Source: Oscillospiraceae bacterium (GTDB lineage: Bacteria; Bacillota; Clostridia; Oscillospirales; Oscillospiraceae). From it: a stretch of 64,000 nucleotides of DNA. The translations under genes and the position numbers were made by a program. The notes under the pieces were generated by a model that saw only the letters and a program-made list of their open reading frames with translations, made no database searches and had not been told where the DNA came from. Positions within the stretch are counted from its first letter, which is position 1. Each line of letters begins with the position of its first letter. The stretch is taken from contig JAFQFC010000063.1 of NCBI GenBank assembly GCA_017415775.1, positions 836-64,835 on the forward strand, written 5' to 3'. Shown here piece after piece: positions 19,359-29,241 of this stretch.

Positions 19359-20798
19359 ATGAACATCAAGGACATCGAAGCCCAAAGCGGTATGACCCGT
19401 GCCAACATCCGCTTTTACGAGCAGGAAGACCTGCTGCATCCTCAGCGGCAGGGCAACGGCTACCGGGACTACAGCGACGCCGATCTGCAGACGCTGCACC
19501 GCATCCGTCTGCTGCGAACACTGGGTTTGAGTCTGGACGAGATCCGCGCCCTGCAAAAGGATGAGGCTTCACTGGAAAGCCTGCTAACCCGGCAGGCTGC
19601 GACACTGGAGCAGCAGAGCGCCGAGACGCAGCAGCGGGCCCGGCTCTGCCGGGACATTTCCCACAGCGGTGCCCGGTACGCCACTCTGGACGGCCAGCGC
19701 TGGCTGGACGCACTGACCGCCGAAGAGCCGACAGTCCCCGACCTGCCCAAGACCGACACCTATCACAAGGTCACCGCCCCGTGGCGCCGCTTCTTCGCCC
19801 GCCACTTTGATCTGTTCCTCTACAGCGCCTTCTGGATGATGCTGGGCCTCCTGCTGCTGAGCGAGGGTCCCTCCACCGAAAGCGGCGCTGCATGGATGGG
19901 CGCCGCCAATATCATCGCCATCATTATGATGGCCCTCGTGGAGCCGCTGCTGCTGTCCACCTGGGGCACCACCCCCGGCAAGTGGCTGTTGGGCCTCAGC
20001 GTCCGCAATAACACCGGCCAGAAGCTGACCTATGGCGAAGGCTTTTACCGCACGGTGCAGGCCCTGTGGGGCGGCGCAGGTTTCTTTATCCCCATCTTTG
20101 AACTGGTGCAGGGCTACAAGCGCTACTACGACTGCATTGAGGGAAAGACTCTGCCCTGGGAATGGGACAGTGAGCTGCAGCTCAAGGACGAAAAAGCCTG
20201 GCGCTTCGCCGCCATGGCCGGCAGTGCCATCGCCGTCTTCGGTGCGCTGGTGCTGACCATTACCCTCTCCGCTGCCCCCACGCAGCGGGGCGACATGACG
20301 GTGGCCCAGTTTGCCGACAGCTACAATCGCCTCGCCAGATACCACGGCGTCGAGGTCTGGCTGGACGAAGAGGGCCGCTGGACGGAAGTCCCCCGCCCCG
20401 ACGGCAGCGTGGTCATCCATATGAGTGACATGGAGACCCCCAACTTTGTCTATACCGAAAAAGACGGCCTCATGACCGGCCTCTCCTTTACTCTGGCGGT
20501 GGAGAACGACACCGAAACGTGGGTCCCCATCAACCAGAACCGCCGCATCCTGGCTATCCTCGCCTTTGCACAAGCCTATGACCCCACGCCCCTGAACAAC
20601 AACGAGGTCATGAACGTCGTGGAAAAACTGGAAGACCAACCCTTCCAGCCCTTGGACGAAACCGTCCACGGTGTACATATCACCTGGCAGCTCACCTCTT
20701 CCGGTTACTATCCGGTGGATACCATGGGCCTCCTGGTACCTGTAGAGGGCGAGACGCCCTCCTGTTCCATGACCTTCACCATGGAAAAAGTGTCGTAA
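19359..20798 (+). CDS. MerR-family HTH regulator fused to an RDD membrane domain
   Basis: IRFYEQEDLL...NGYRDY; PWRRFFARHFD, GTTPGKWLLGLSV. Confidence 0.85.
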   Translation: MNIKDIEAQSGMTRANIRFYEQEDLLHPQRQGNGYRDYSDADLQTLHRIRLLRTLGLSLDEIRALQKDEASLESLLTRQAATLEQQSAETQQRARLCRDISHSGARYATLDGQRWLDALTAEEPTVPDLPKTDTYHKVTAPWRRFFARHFDLFLYSAFWMMLGLLLLSEGPSTESGAAWMGAANIIAIIMMALVEPLLLSTWGTTPGKWLLGLSVRNNTGQKLTYGEGFYRTVQALWGGAGFFIPIFELVQGYKRYYDCIEGKTLPWEWDSELQLKDEKAWRFAAMAGSAIAVFGALVLTITLSAAPTQRGDMTVAQFADSYNRLARYHGVEVWLDEEGRWTEVPRPDGSVVIHMSDMETPNFVYTEKDGLMTGLSFTLAVENDTETWVPINQNRRILAILAFAQAYDPTPLNNNEVMNVVEKLEDQPFQPLDETVHGVHITWQLTSSGYYPVDTMGLLVPVEGETPSCSMTFTMEKVS

Positions 20799-20814
20799 CG
20801 AAAGGAGTCGTCCC

Positions 20815-21048
20815 ATGCTTTGCCCCTACTGTCAAAAGGAAATGGCGCTGGGCTACATCCAGTGCCGTGACGGCCTGACGTGGACGCCCCGCCGTCAGCC
20901 GGTGGCAGCCCTGTCCTTCCTCGGCCGGGATGCCGTCCCCCTGTCCAATGGTGCCGCCGACAACACCAAAACCGTGTATGCCCACCGCTGCGCCGACTGC
21001 CAAAAGATCATCATCGACTGCAGCGCCCATCCTGTCCCCGTCCTGTAA
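20815..21048 (+). CDS. Small zinc-ribbon protein
   Basis: MLCPYCQKEMALGYI...RCADCQKIII; AAGGAG RBS. Confidence 0.7.
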   Translation: MLCPYCQKEMALGYIQCRDGLTWTPRRQPVAALSFLGRDAVPLSNGAADNTKTVYAHRCADCQKIIIDCSAHPVPVL

Positions 21049-21098
21049 GCAAAAAAGAAACTCCGACATGGTCGGAGTTTCTTTTTTTATTTCTTCTG

Positions 21099-22346
21099 TT
21101 ATTCCGCAGCTTCCTGCTTGCCCTTCAGCTTGGCCTCGCGGCGCAGGTCCATGGCATTGACGCACACGGAGCAGGCGGCGTCGCCGGTGATATTGACCAC
21201 GGTACGGCCCATATCCAGAATACGGTCGATACCGGCCACCAGAGCGATACCTTCCACGGGCAGACCCACGCTCTGCAGCACCATGGCCAGCATGATCATG
21301 CCGCTGCCGGGCACACCGGCAGTACCGATGGAGGCCAGGGTGGCGGTGAGGATGATGGTCAGCTGCTGGGCGATGGTCAGATCAACGCCAAAGATCTGGG
21401 CGATGAAGATGGCGCACACGCCCTGATAGATGGCGGTACCGTCCATGTTGATGGTAGCGCCCAAGGGCAGCACAAAGCTGGCGATCTCCTTGCGGACACC
21501 CAGCTTCTTCTCACTGGCCTCCAGGTTGAAGGGCAGCACGCCCACGCTGCTGGCGCTGGAGAAAGCAAAGATCATAGGCTGGCTCATGCCCTTGAAGAAC
21601 TGGATGGGGCTCATGCCGGAGAACACCTTCACGGTGGAAGAGTACACCACCACCATGTGGATGATGTAAGCGGCATAGGCCACCAGAATGACCTTCAGCA
21701 GGGGCAGCAGCACGGCGGGGCCGTTCTCAGCCACCACGGGGCAGATCAGGGCGAAGACACCGATGGCGCTCAGGCTGATGATCATGCTCATGATCTTGAA
21801 AGACACCTCGGCAAAGCTGTCCACCACGCGGGCAGCGACCTCGCCCTTCTCGCCGGCCAGAATGATGCCGAAGCCGAAGAGGATGGCGATGACGATGACC
21901 TGCAGCATGGTGGCGTTGGCCAGAGGCTGGATGATATTCGAGGGGAACATGTTGACCAGAGTGGTCATAAAGCCGGGAGCGGCAGAGGCCTCATAGCTCA
22001 GCTCATCGCTGGGCAGCACATAGCCGCCGCCAACGTTCAGCAGGTTGGCAAACAGCAGGCCGATGGTCACGGCCAGAGCGGTGGTGCACATGTAGAACAG
22101 CACGGTGCGCACGCCGATGCTGCCCACCTTCTTCACGTCCTCCAGGGAGATGATACCCTGGATGATGCTCAGCAGCACCACGGGGACGACGATGGTCTTG
22201 ATCAGGTTCAGATAAATGGTACCAAAGGGCTTGATATACTCCTTGGCAAAAGCGGCGTTGCCCTGCAGCAGCAGGCCCACCAGGACGCCCAGCACCAGAC
22301 CGATGACGATCTGCACTGTCAGCGACAGCTTTTTCTTGTTCTTCAT
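21099..22346 (-). CDS. Dicarboxylate/amino acid:cation symporter (DAACS)
   Basis: FSSASS, LGATINMDGT, ASIGTAGVP, DRILDMGRT. Confidence 0.93.
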   Translation of the reverse strand: MKNKKKLSLTVQIVIGLVLGVLVGLLLQGNAAFAKEYIKPFGTIYLNLIKTIVVPVVLLSIIQGIISLEDVKKVGSIGVRTVLFYMCTTALAVTIGLLFANLLNVGGGYVLPSDELSYEASAAPGFMTTLVNMFPSNIIQPLANATMLQVIVIAILFGFGIILAGEKGEVAARVVDSFAEVSFKIMSMIISLSAIGVFALICPVVAENGPAVLLPLLKVILVAYAAYIIHMVVVYSSTVKVFSGMSPIQFFKGMSQPMIFAFSSASSVGVLPFNLEASEKKLGVRKEIASFVLPLGATINMDGTAIYQGVCAIFIAQIFGVDLTIAQQLTIILTATLASIGTAGVPGSGMIMLAMVLQSVGLPVEGIALVAGIDRILDMGRTVVNITGDAACSVCVNAMDLRREAKLKGKQEAAE

Positions 22347-22553
22347 AGATTTTCCTCCTTCTTTCCTGCTAAGGATCATTCCATATCCATAACATATATA
22401 TTCTACAACAAATCCGCTAAAAAGGAAGCCCTATTTTGGCAAAATTATCCCACACTTTTCCACATTCCGTTATTTGCTTCACAATTGAAACTTTTCTTCC
22501 TTTTTGCTGCGCTTTGTGCTACACTAAGGAAAACAACACAAGGGGGAGATCCT

Positions 22554-23384
22554 ATGAGCCGCGCAGACGAAATTTTTCAGCAGAACATTCGTGATATCCT
22601 GACCCACGGCGTGTGGGATACCGACCAGAACGTTCGTCCCCATTGGGAAGACGGCGCACCGGCCCACACCGTAAAAAAATTCGGCATCGTCAACCGCTAC
22701 GACCTGAAAGAAGAGTTCCCCATCCTCACCATCCGCCGCACCTTCTTCAAGACCTGCATCGATGAGCTGCTGTGGATCTGGCAGATGAAGAGCAACAATA
22801 TCCACGACCTGCGGGGCCACATCTGGGACAGCTGGGCCGATGAGACCGGCTCCATCGGCAAGGCCTACGGCTACCAGCTGGGCGTGAAGCACCAGTACAA
22901 AGAGGGCGAAATGGACCAGGTGGACCGGGTGCTGTACGACCTGAAGCACAATCCCGCCTCCCGCCGTATCCTCACCAACATTTACAACTTCCAGGACCTC
23001 CACGAGATGGCCCTGTACCCCTGCGCCTACTCCATGACCTTCAACGTTTCCGGCAACACCCTCAACGCCATTTTGAACCAGCGCAGTCAGGACATGCTGG
23101 CTGCCAACAACTGGAATGTGGTGCAGTATGCCGTGCTGGTCCACATGATGGCCCAGGTCAGCGGTCTGGAGGTGGGTGAGCTGGTCCACGTCATCGCCGA
23201 CGCCCACATTTACGACCGTCATGTACCCATCGTGGAAAAGCTGCTGGAGAAGGAAGGCCGTCCCGCCCCGGAATTTGTCATCGACAAGTCCGTCACCGAT
23301 TTCTATCAGTTCACCCGTGACAGCTTCTCCCTGCAGGGCTATGACCCCCATCCTTTCGATGACAAGATCCCCGTCGCCATTTAA
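22554..23384 (+). CDS. thyA: Thymidylate synthase
   Basis: IGKAYGYQ, SRRI, MALYPCA, NQRSQD. Confidence 0.96.
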   Translation: MSRADEIFQQNIRDILTHGVWDTDQNVRPHWEDGAPAHTVKKFGIVNRYDLKEEFPILTIRRTFFKTCIDELLWIWQMKSNNIHDLRGHIWDSWADETGSIGKAYGYQLGVKHQYKEGEMDQVDRVLYDLKHNPASRRILTNIYNFQDLHEMALYPCAYSMTFNVSGNTLNAILNQRSQDMLAANNWNVVQYAVLVHMMAQVSGLEVGELVHVIADAHIYDRHVPIVEKLLEKEGRPAPEFVIDKSVTDFYQFTRDSFSLQGYDPHPFDDKIPVAI

Positions 23385-23545
23385 GATTTCGTCCAAAATC
23401 TTGTGATTTAAACCTTCGTCCAAAATCTTGCGATTTTGGACGAGAAGGGTTTCATATCGGCCGCACCTCGATTCCTGACGGAAAAGTCGGTGCAGCCGCT
23501 ATGCAAAGTATGATTTTCGCCGCACATGTCGGACGAAAATCATGG
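23385..23545. repeat. Multi-hairpin palindromic element (MITE/REP-like or structured RNA)
   Basis: 22-bp direct repeat at 23388-23409 and 23415-23436 (1 mismatch); three stem-loops; ends gatttcgtcc / ggacgaaaatc are near-inverted. Confidence 0.6.
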
Positions 23546-23673
23546 ATCTGATCTTGTTTTCCTGTCTGCGGACAGAAAAATTCTGTGAAACCAGCATTGT
23601 ATCGTGCAATGTGCATTTTATGACACGCAATGCCCATTGCACGATGACTGATCCTTCTATTCGAGGTGTTACT

Positions 23674-24237
23674 ATGCAAGCAATCGTCGCCGTCAGTGAA
23701 AACTGGGGCATTGGAAAGGACAACGATCTTCTCTTCCACATCAGCGCCGATCTCAAGCGCTTCCGGGAGCTGACCGCCGGCCACACCGTGGTCATGGGCC
23801 GCAAAACGCTGGAAAGTCTGCCCGGCGGCAAAGGTCTGCCCAAGCGCCGCAACATCGTGCTGACCTCCAACCCCGACTTTACCGCCGAGAACGCCGAGGT
23901 GGTCCACAACCCCGCCCAGCTGATCTTCGCCGCCGGAGCCGATGCCTTCGTCATCGGCGGTGCCACGGTGTACCGCCAGCTGCTGAACCTGTGCGACCGG
24001 ATCTATGTGACCAAGGTCTTCGCCGCACCCGAGGCCGACGCCTTCTTTCCCGATCTGGACGCCGATCCCAACTGGGAGATCGCCGAAGAAAGCGAGATCA
24101 TGGAGGAAAACGGTATCCGCTTCCAGTATGTGGACTATGTGCCCCGTCAGGAAGAGGAAGATGACTTCCTGCCCGTGATTTCCCAACCCGAGGAATTTGC
24201 CCCCGTGGAAGGCTTCAGTCCTTTCAGCGGATTCTGA
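23674..24237 (+). CDS. folA: Dihydrofolate reductase
   Basis: IGKDNDLL, VVMGRKT, VIGGA, ADAFFP. Confidence 0.94.
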   Translation: MQAIVAVSENWGIGKDNDLLFHISADLKRFRELTAGHTVVMGRKTLESLPGGKGLPKRRNIVLTSNPDFTAENAEVVHNPAQLIFAAGADAFVIGGATVYRQLLNLCDRIYVTKVFAAPEADAFFPDLDADPNWEIAEESEIMEENGIRFQYVDYVPRQEEEDDFLPVISQPEEFAPVEGFSPFSGF

Positions 24238-24336
24238 CATCAAAAGGCAGCCTGCCGCAGGCTGCCTTTTCTCTTTCGATTGTATTTTTGCGCAAAAACT
24301 GATACAATGTAGAAAAACGCCGCAGGAGGTGACTTC

Positions 24337-26391
24337 ATGGCCGATCTGAAAACCGACATCCGCTATATCAAAGGCATTGGCGAGCAGCGGGCCAAGGCTC
24401 TGAACAAGCTGGGCATCGCCACGCTGCGGGATCTCATCTCCTACTATCCCCGGGGCTACGAGGACCGCACCCTGAGCCGCCCCATCAAAGATCTGATTCT
24501 GGGCGAGAATGCCTGCGTCAGGGCCATGGTGGCCACCGACCCCACCGCCCACCGCATCGGCGGCGGCCGCACGTTGGTGAAGTGCCGGGCCGTGGACGAG
24601 GGCGGCAGCCTTGATCTTGTCTTTTTCAATCAGGAATACCGCAAAAACTCTCTCCACAAGGGAGAAACCTACATTTTTTACGGCAAGGTAGAGGGAAACC
24701 TCCTGCGCCGCCAGATGATCAACCCTCTCATCGAAAAAGAGGGCCAGCAGCAGATCACCGGCCGCATCATGCCCCTCTATCCCCTCACCGCCGGCGTCAG
24801 CCAGCTGATCCTCAGCCGTGCCGTGCGGCAGGGTCTGGACGCATGCCGTGACCTGCTGGAAGACGTGCTGCCCGACCGTGTGCGCCAGCAGCATGCGCTG
24901 TGCTTTGTCAATTACGCCTACGAAAACATCCACTTTCCCGCCTCCCCCGAGGCGCTGGAGATCGCCCGCCGCCGCATGGTATTTCAGGAGCTGTTCGAGC
25001 TGACCTGCGGCCTGCACCTGCTGCGCTCGGCCCGGAAAGATGTTCCCGGCCCCACCTGCCGCCGGCTGGACCTGTCGGCCTTCTATGAAAAGCTGCCCTT
25101 CACCCTCACCAATGCGCAGCAGCGTGCCATCGCCGACGCCGTGGGCGATATGTGTTCCGGCCGCCCCATGAACCGCCTGTGTCAGGGCGATGTGGGCAGC
25201 GGCAAGACCATGGTGGCCGCCGCCTGCGCCTGGTTCGCCTCCCAAAACGGCTGGCAGACCGCTCTCATGGCCCCTACGGAGATTTTGGCCCGCCAGCATC
25301 ACCAGACACTGGCCCCTCTCTTCGCCCGGTTTGGCCTCTCCTGTGCGCTGCTGACCGGCAGCACGAAAGCCGCCGAGCGCCGGGCCATCCTGTCCGACCT
25401 CAAATGCGGCGCCATTGACCTGTGTATTGGTACCCATGCTCTGCTGACAGAGGACGTGGCATACGCAAAGCTCGGCCTCGTCATCACCGACGAGCAGCAC
25501 CGCTTCGGCGTCAACCAGCGTGCCGCTCTGGGCCAGAAGGCGGAGCATCCCCATATGCTGGTCCTCTCTGCCACCCCCATCCCCCGCACGCTGGCCCTCA
25601 TCATCTACGGCGATCTGGACGTGTCCATCATCAATGAGCTGCCTCCCGGACGGCAGAAGATAGATACCTTCGCCGTGGACGAGAGCTACCGCCAGCGTAT
25701 CAACGCCTTCATCCGCAAGCAGGTGGACGAGGGCCGTCAGGTGTTCATCGTCTGCCCGCTGGTGGGTGACGGCGAGGAAGTTCCCGACGAACGCAAGGCC
25801 GTCACCGCCTACGCCGAGAAACTGCAGAAGGAGGTCTTCCCCGATCTGCGGATCGCCGTTCTCCACGGCAAGATGAAGCCTAAGGATAAGGAAGCCGTCA
25901 TGGCCGACTTCGCCGCCGGCCAGAGCGATATTCTGGTGTCCACCACCGTCATCGAGGTAGGCGTGGATGTCCCCAACGCCAACACTATGGTGGTGGAGAA
26001 CGCCGAGCGCTTCGGCCTGAGCCAGCTGCACCAGCTGCGTGGCCGTGTGGGCCGTGGCAGCGCCAAGAGCTACTGCATTTTGATGAGCGACAACCAAAGC
26101 GAGGAAACGAAACAGCGCCTGAAGGTACTGACCAAAACCAACGATGGCTTCAAGATCTCCGAGGAGGACCTGCGGCTGCGTGGCCCCGGTGACTTCTTCG
26201 GCTCCCGCCAGCACGGCCTGCCGGCTATGAAGATCGCCGACCTCAGCTGCGATATGCGATTGCTGGACGAGGCACAGACCGCCGCCAAGCAGCTGCTGGC
26301 CGCCGATCCGGCGCTGGCGCAGGCGGAACACGCCCCCCTCCGCCGCCGCATCGACGAGCTGTTCGAGCTGAACGCCGAGGCCATGAATTAA
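24337..26391 (+). CDS. recG: ATP-dependent DNA helicase RecG
   Basis: QGDVGSGKT, DEQHRFGV, SATPIPR, QLRGRVGRG. Confidence 0.97.
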   Translation: MADLKTDIRYIKGIGEQRAKALNKLGIATLRDLISYYPRGYEDRTLSRPIKDLILGENACVRAMVATDPTAHRIGGGRTLVKCRAVDEGGSLDLVFFNQEYRKNSLHKGETYIFYGKVEGNLLRRQMINPLIEKEGQQQITGRIMPLYPLTAGVSQLILSRAVRQGLDACRDLLEDVLPDRVRQQHALCFVNYAYENIHFPASPEALEIARRRMVFQELFELTCGLHLLRSARKDVPGPTCRRLDLSAFYEKLPFTLTNAQQRAIADAVGDMCSGRPMNRLCQGDVGSGKTMVAAACAWFASQNGWQTALMAPTEILARQHHQTLAPLFARFGLSCALLTGSTKAAERRAILSDLKCGAIDLCIGTHALLTEDVAYAKLGLVITDEQHRFGVNQRAALGQKAEHPHMLVLSATPIPRTLALIIYGDLDVSIINELPPGRQKIDTFAVDESYRQRINAFIRKQVDEGRQVFIVCPLVGDGEEVPDERKAVTAYAEKLQKEVFPDLRIAVLHGKMKPKDKEAVMADFAAGQSDILVSTTVIEVGVDVPNANTMVVENAERFGLSQLHQLRGRVGRGSAKSYCILMSDNQSEETKQRLKVLTKTNDGFKISEEDLRLRGPGDFFGSRQHGLPAMKIADLSCDMRLLDEAQTAAKQLLAADPALAQAEHAPLRRRIDELFELNAEAMN

Positions 26392-26432
26392 GAGAAAAAA
26401 GCAGCGATCCTGTCGGATCGCTGCTTTTTTGT

Positions 26433-27275
26433 TTACTTTTCCCCAATTCGGAACATCTCGATCATCTCGGAGGTCAGGCTCACATCGTTCTCCCGCTCCG
26501 GCAGCTCGCTGCGCTCCATCCACACACCCTCGCACAGCTCGTTGCGATCCAGATGGATCTCCGCCTCGCCGTCTAAGTCGCAGTAAAAACCCACCAGCAT
26601 GGTGTCGGTGAAGGACCAGGGCTGGTTTTTATAGTAGCGGATGTTCTTCACGTGAAGACCCACTTCCTCCAGCACCTCACGGCGCACCGTGTCCTCCAGC
26701 GTCTCGCCGATCTCCACGAAGCCGGCAATGAGGGCAGGGCCCCGGTAGGGCCGGTCAGCATACCGGGTCAGCAGCAGCTTGTCCCCATCCGTCACCGCCA
26801 CGATGACGGCAGGCGAGATCTTGGGATACTCAATGAGGCCGCAGTCGGGGCAGTTCATGGCCCGCTCGATGCCGCTGGGCCGCATCTTTGCACCGCAGCG
26901 TCCGCAGTAGACCCGGGCTTTATACCACCGATCCAGCTGCGCACCGGTAATGGCGGCGAAAGCTACCTCCATGGGCCGCACCGAGCGCAGCATCTGGTAG
27001 GAGCAGTACTCCCAGCCCTCGCTCAGCGCATCCTCCGCCGGGTCAGGATCGCAGAGATAGCAGCCCACACCGTCCAGAGCGAAGAAATGCCGTGCCGTGG
27101 TCAGGTCGGGCCGCAGCGTTTCCGGGAAGTCGCAGAACCGGGGCAGTGCCCACTCCGTCCCCACTTTACGCAGCAGCACCCTGCCGCCACGGTAGCACAG
27201 GGCGAAGTCCCTCTCCTGCGCCGGGGCCAGACTGTAAGAACGGTCGTAACTATGCTTGCCGATATCCTGAATCAT
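26433..27275 (-). CDS. nudC: NAD(H) diphosphatase NudC
   Basis: CGRCG...CPDC zinc ribbon, AGFVEIGETLEDTVRREVLEEVG, QPW. Confidence 0.9.
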   Translation of the reverse strand: MIQDIGKHSYDRSYSLAPAQERDFALCYRGGRVLLRKVGTEWALPRFCDFPETLRPDLTTARHFFALDGVGCYLCDPDPAEDALSEGWEYCSYQMLRSVRPMEVAFAAITGAQLDRWYKARVYCGRCGAKMRPSGIERAMNCPDCGLIEYPKISPAVIVAVTDGDKLLLTRYADRPYRGPALIAGFVEIGETLEDTVRREVLEEVGLHVKNIRYYKNQPWSFTDTMLVGFYCDLDGEAEIHLDRNELCEGVWMERSELPERENDVSLTSEMIEMFRIGEK

Positions 27276-27408
27276 GGTGGATCCCTCCCGGTTGCGTTTT
27301 TTCCATTATACACTCCCCCTGCCCCTTTCCGCAACCACGCTTTTGCTTGCGCAGAAAAAAGGGACATGCTATACTGAAGCCAGGAGATCTGCGAAAGGAG
27401 GCGGCACC

Positions 27409-29241
27409 ATGACACGGGACGAACTGCGGGAAAAAGCCAACGACTTGCCCCTTGTCCCCGGTGTCTATCTCATGATGGACAAGACCGGCAAGGTCATCTA
27501 CGTGGGCAAGGCCAAAAAACTGAAAAACCGGGTCACCCAGTATTTCCAAAGCGGCTCACAGCACAACGCCAAGACCCGGGCCATGGTCAGTCAGGTGGAC
27601 AAGTTCGACACCATTTTCGTCGCCTCCGAGTTTGAGGCGCTGGTGCTGGAAAACTCCCTCATCAAGCGTCACCAGCCCCGCTACAACATTCTTTTGAAAG
27701 ACGACAAGGGCTATCCCTTCGTTCGATTGGAACAGGGTGTGGCCTATCCCCGCTTCTCCCTCGTCTCCAAGGCCGCCGAGGACGGCGCCCGATACTTCGG
27801 CCCCTTCGGCGGGCGGCACGATACCCACAGCGCCATCGACGCCGTGTGCGCCGCCCTGTCGCTGCCCACCTGCCGCCGCCGCTTTCCCCGTGACATCGGT
27901 AAGGAGCGGCCCTGCCTCAACTACCACATCGGCAAGTGCGACGGCTTCTGTCTGCCCGACGGCCCCGATCAGGCGGAGTATTGCGCCCGCATCGACCAGG
28001 CCGCCCGGGTCTTCTCCGGCAAGTACCGCCAGCTCACTGCCGAGCTGCAGCAGCAAATGGAAGAAGCCGCCGAGAATCTGGCCTTTGAAAAGGCCGCTTC
28101 TCTTCGGGATCGTATCCGGGCCTTGACCGTGCTGGGCAAACAGCAGCAGGTCATCGCCGGCGTCTGTTCTGACACCGACGTGTGGGGCGTCTATCCCGGC
28201 CAGGTACGCTGCGGCTGCGCCGTACTGCACATCCAGAACGGCGACCTGCTGGGCCGTGAGGTGCAAGTGTTCCCCGCTGCCGCAGATGAGAGTGAAAGCG
28301 CCATCCTCAGCGCCGTGCTGAGCCAGTATTATCTGGACCGGGGCGTATTCCCCACCGAGATCCTGCTGCCCTGCGCATTGGAAGATCAGGACGTGTTCTC
28401 CGCCCTCCTGACGGAAAAGGCCGGCCACAAGGTCACCGTCCGCCTGCCCCAGCGGGGCGAAAAGGCCGACCTTCTGCGCATGGCCGTCCGCAACGCCGCC
28501 GAGGAGGTGGAGCGCATCACCACCGAGAGCGAGCGCACCTCCAAAACGCTGGAGCAGTTGGGCACGCTGGCCGGTCTCGCCCAGCCGCCCCGCCGGTTGG
28601 AAGCCTATGACATTTCCAACACCGGCAGCGCCGACATGGTGGCCAGCATGGTGGTCTTTGTTGACGGCAAACCCCTGAAGCGGGACTACCGCCGCTTCCA
28701 GATCAAGACTCTGTCTGCCCCCGACGACTACGCCGCCATGCAGGAGATCCTGACACGTCGCTTCCGCCGCTATCTGGACGGCGACGATAAATTTGACCAG
28801 CTCCCCGACCTGCTGCTGATCGACGGCGGCGAGACCCACGCCCGGGCCGCCCGGGAGGCGCTGGACGCTTTGGGCCTCCACCTGCCCATCCTCGGCATGG
28901 TGAAGGACGACCGTCATCGCACCCGTGCCCTGATGACTGCCGACGGGCAGGAACTGGGCATCCAGCAAAGCCCGCCCCTCTTCACCCTCATCGGCCGTAT
29001 TCAGGAGGAGGTCCATCGCTTCGCCATCACCTACCACCACGAAAAGCACAAGCGCAGCAGCTTCGCTTCCCGCCTCGACGGCATCCCCGGCGTAGGTGAA
29101 GCGAGAAAGACGGCGCTGATGAAGCATTTCAAAACCATCAAGGCCATCGCCGCCGCCACCGAGGCGGAGCTGGCCGCCGTCGTTCCCAAATTTGCCGCTG
29201 CTGCGGTTTATCAGCATTTCCACAAGGAGAACACGCCATGA
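27409..29241 (+). CDS. uvrC: Excinuclease ABC subunit C
   Basis: PGVY, IYVGKAK, YDISN, LIDGG, HhH. Confidence 0.96.
   Translation: MTRDELREKANDLPLVPGVYLMMDKTGKVIYVGKAKKLKNRVTQYFQSGSQHNAKTRAMVSQVDKFDTIFVASEFEALVLENSLIKRHQPRYNILLKDDKGYPFVRLEQGVAYPRFSLVSKAAEDGARYFGPFGGRHDTHSAIDAVCAALSLPTCRRRFPRDIGKERPCLNYHIGKCDGFCLPDGPDQAEYCARIDQAARVFSGKYRQLTAELQQQMEEAAENLAFEKAASLRDRIRALTVLGKQQQVIAGVCSDTDVWGVYPGQVRCGCAVLHIQNGDLLGREVQVFPAAADESESAILSAVLSQYYLDRGVFPTEILLPCALEDQDVFSALLTEKAGHKVTVRLPQRGEKADLLRMAVRNAAEEVERITTESERTSKTLEQLGTLAGLAQPPRRLEAYDISNTGSADMVASMVVFVDGKPLKRDYRRFQIKTLSAPDDYAAMQEILTRRFRRYLDGDDKFDQLPDLLLIDGGETHARAAREALDALGLHLPILGMVKDDRHRTRALMTADGQELGIQQSPPLFTLIGRIQEEVHRFAITYHHEKHKRSSFASRLDGIPGVGEARKTALMKHFKTIKAIAAATEAELAAVVPKFAAAAVYQHFHKENTP

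Noticed and set aside
20880-23384. Apparent 834-aa protein ending in thymidylate synthase
   Set aside because: The upstream part is the antisense frame of the DAACS symporter; thyA has its own RBS and ATG at 22554.
23388-23436. CRISPR-like direct repeat
   Set aside because: Only two copies 5 bp apart, with no spacers and no cas genes.
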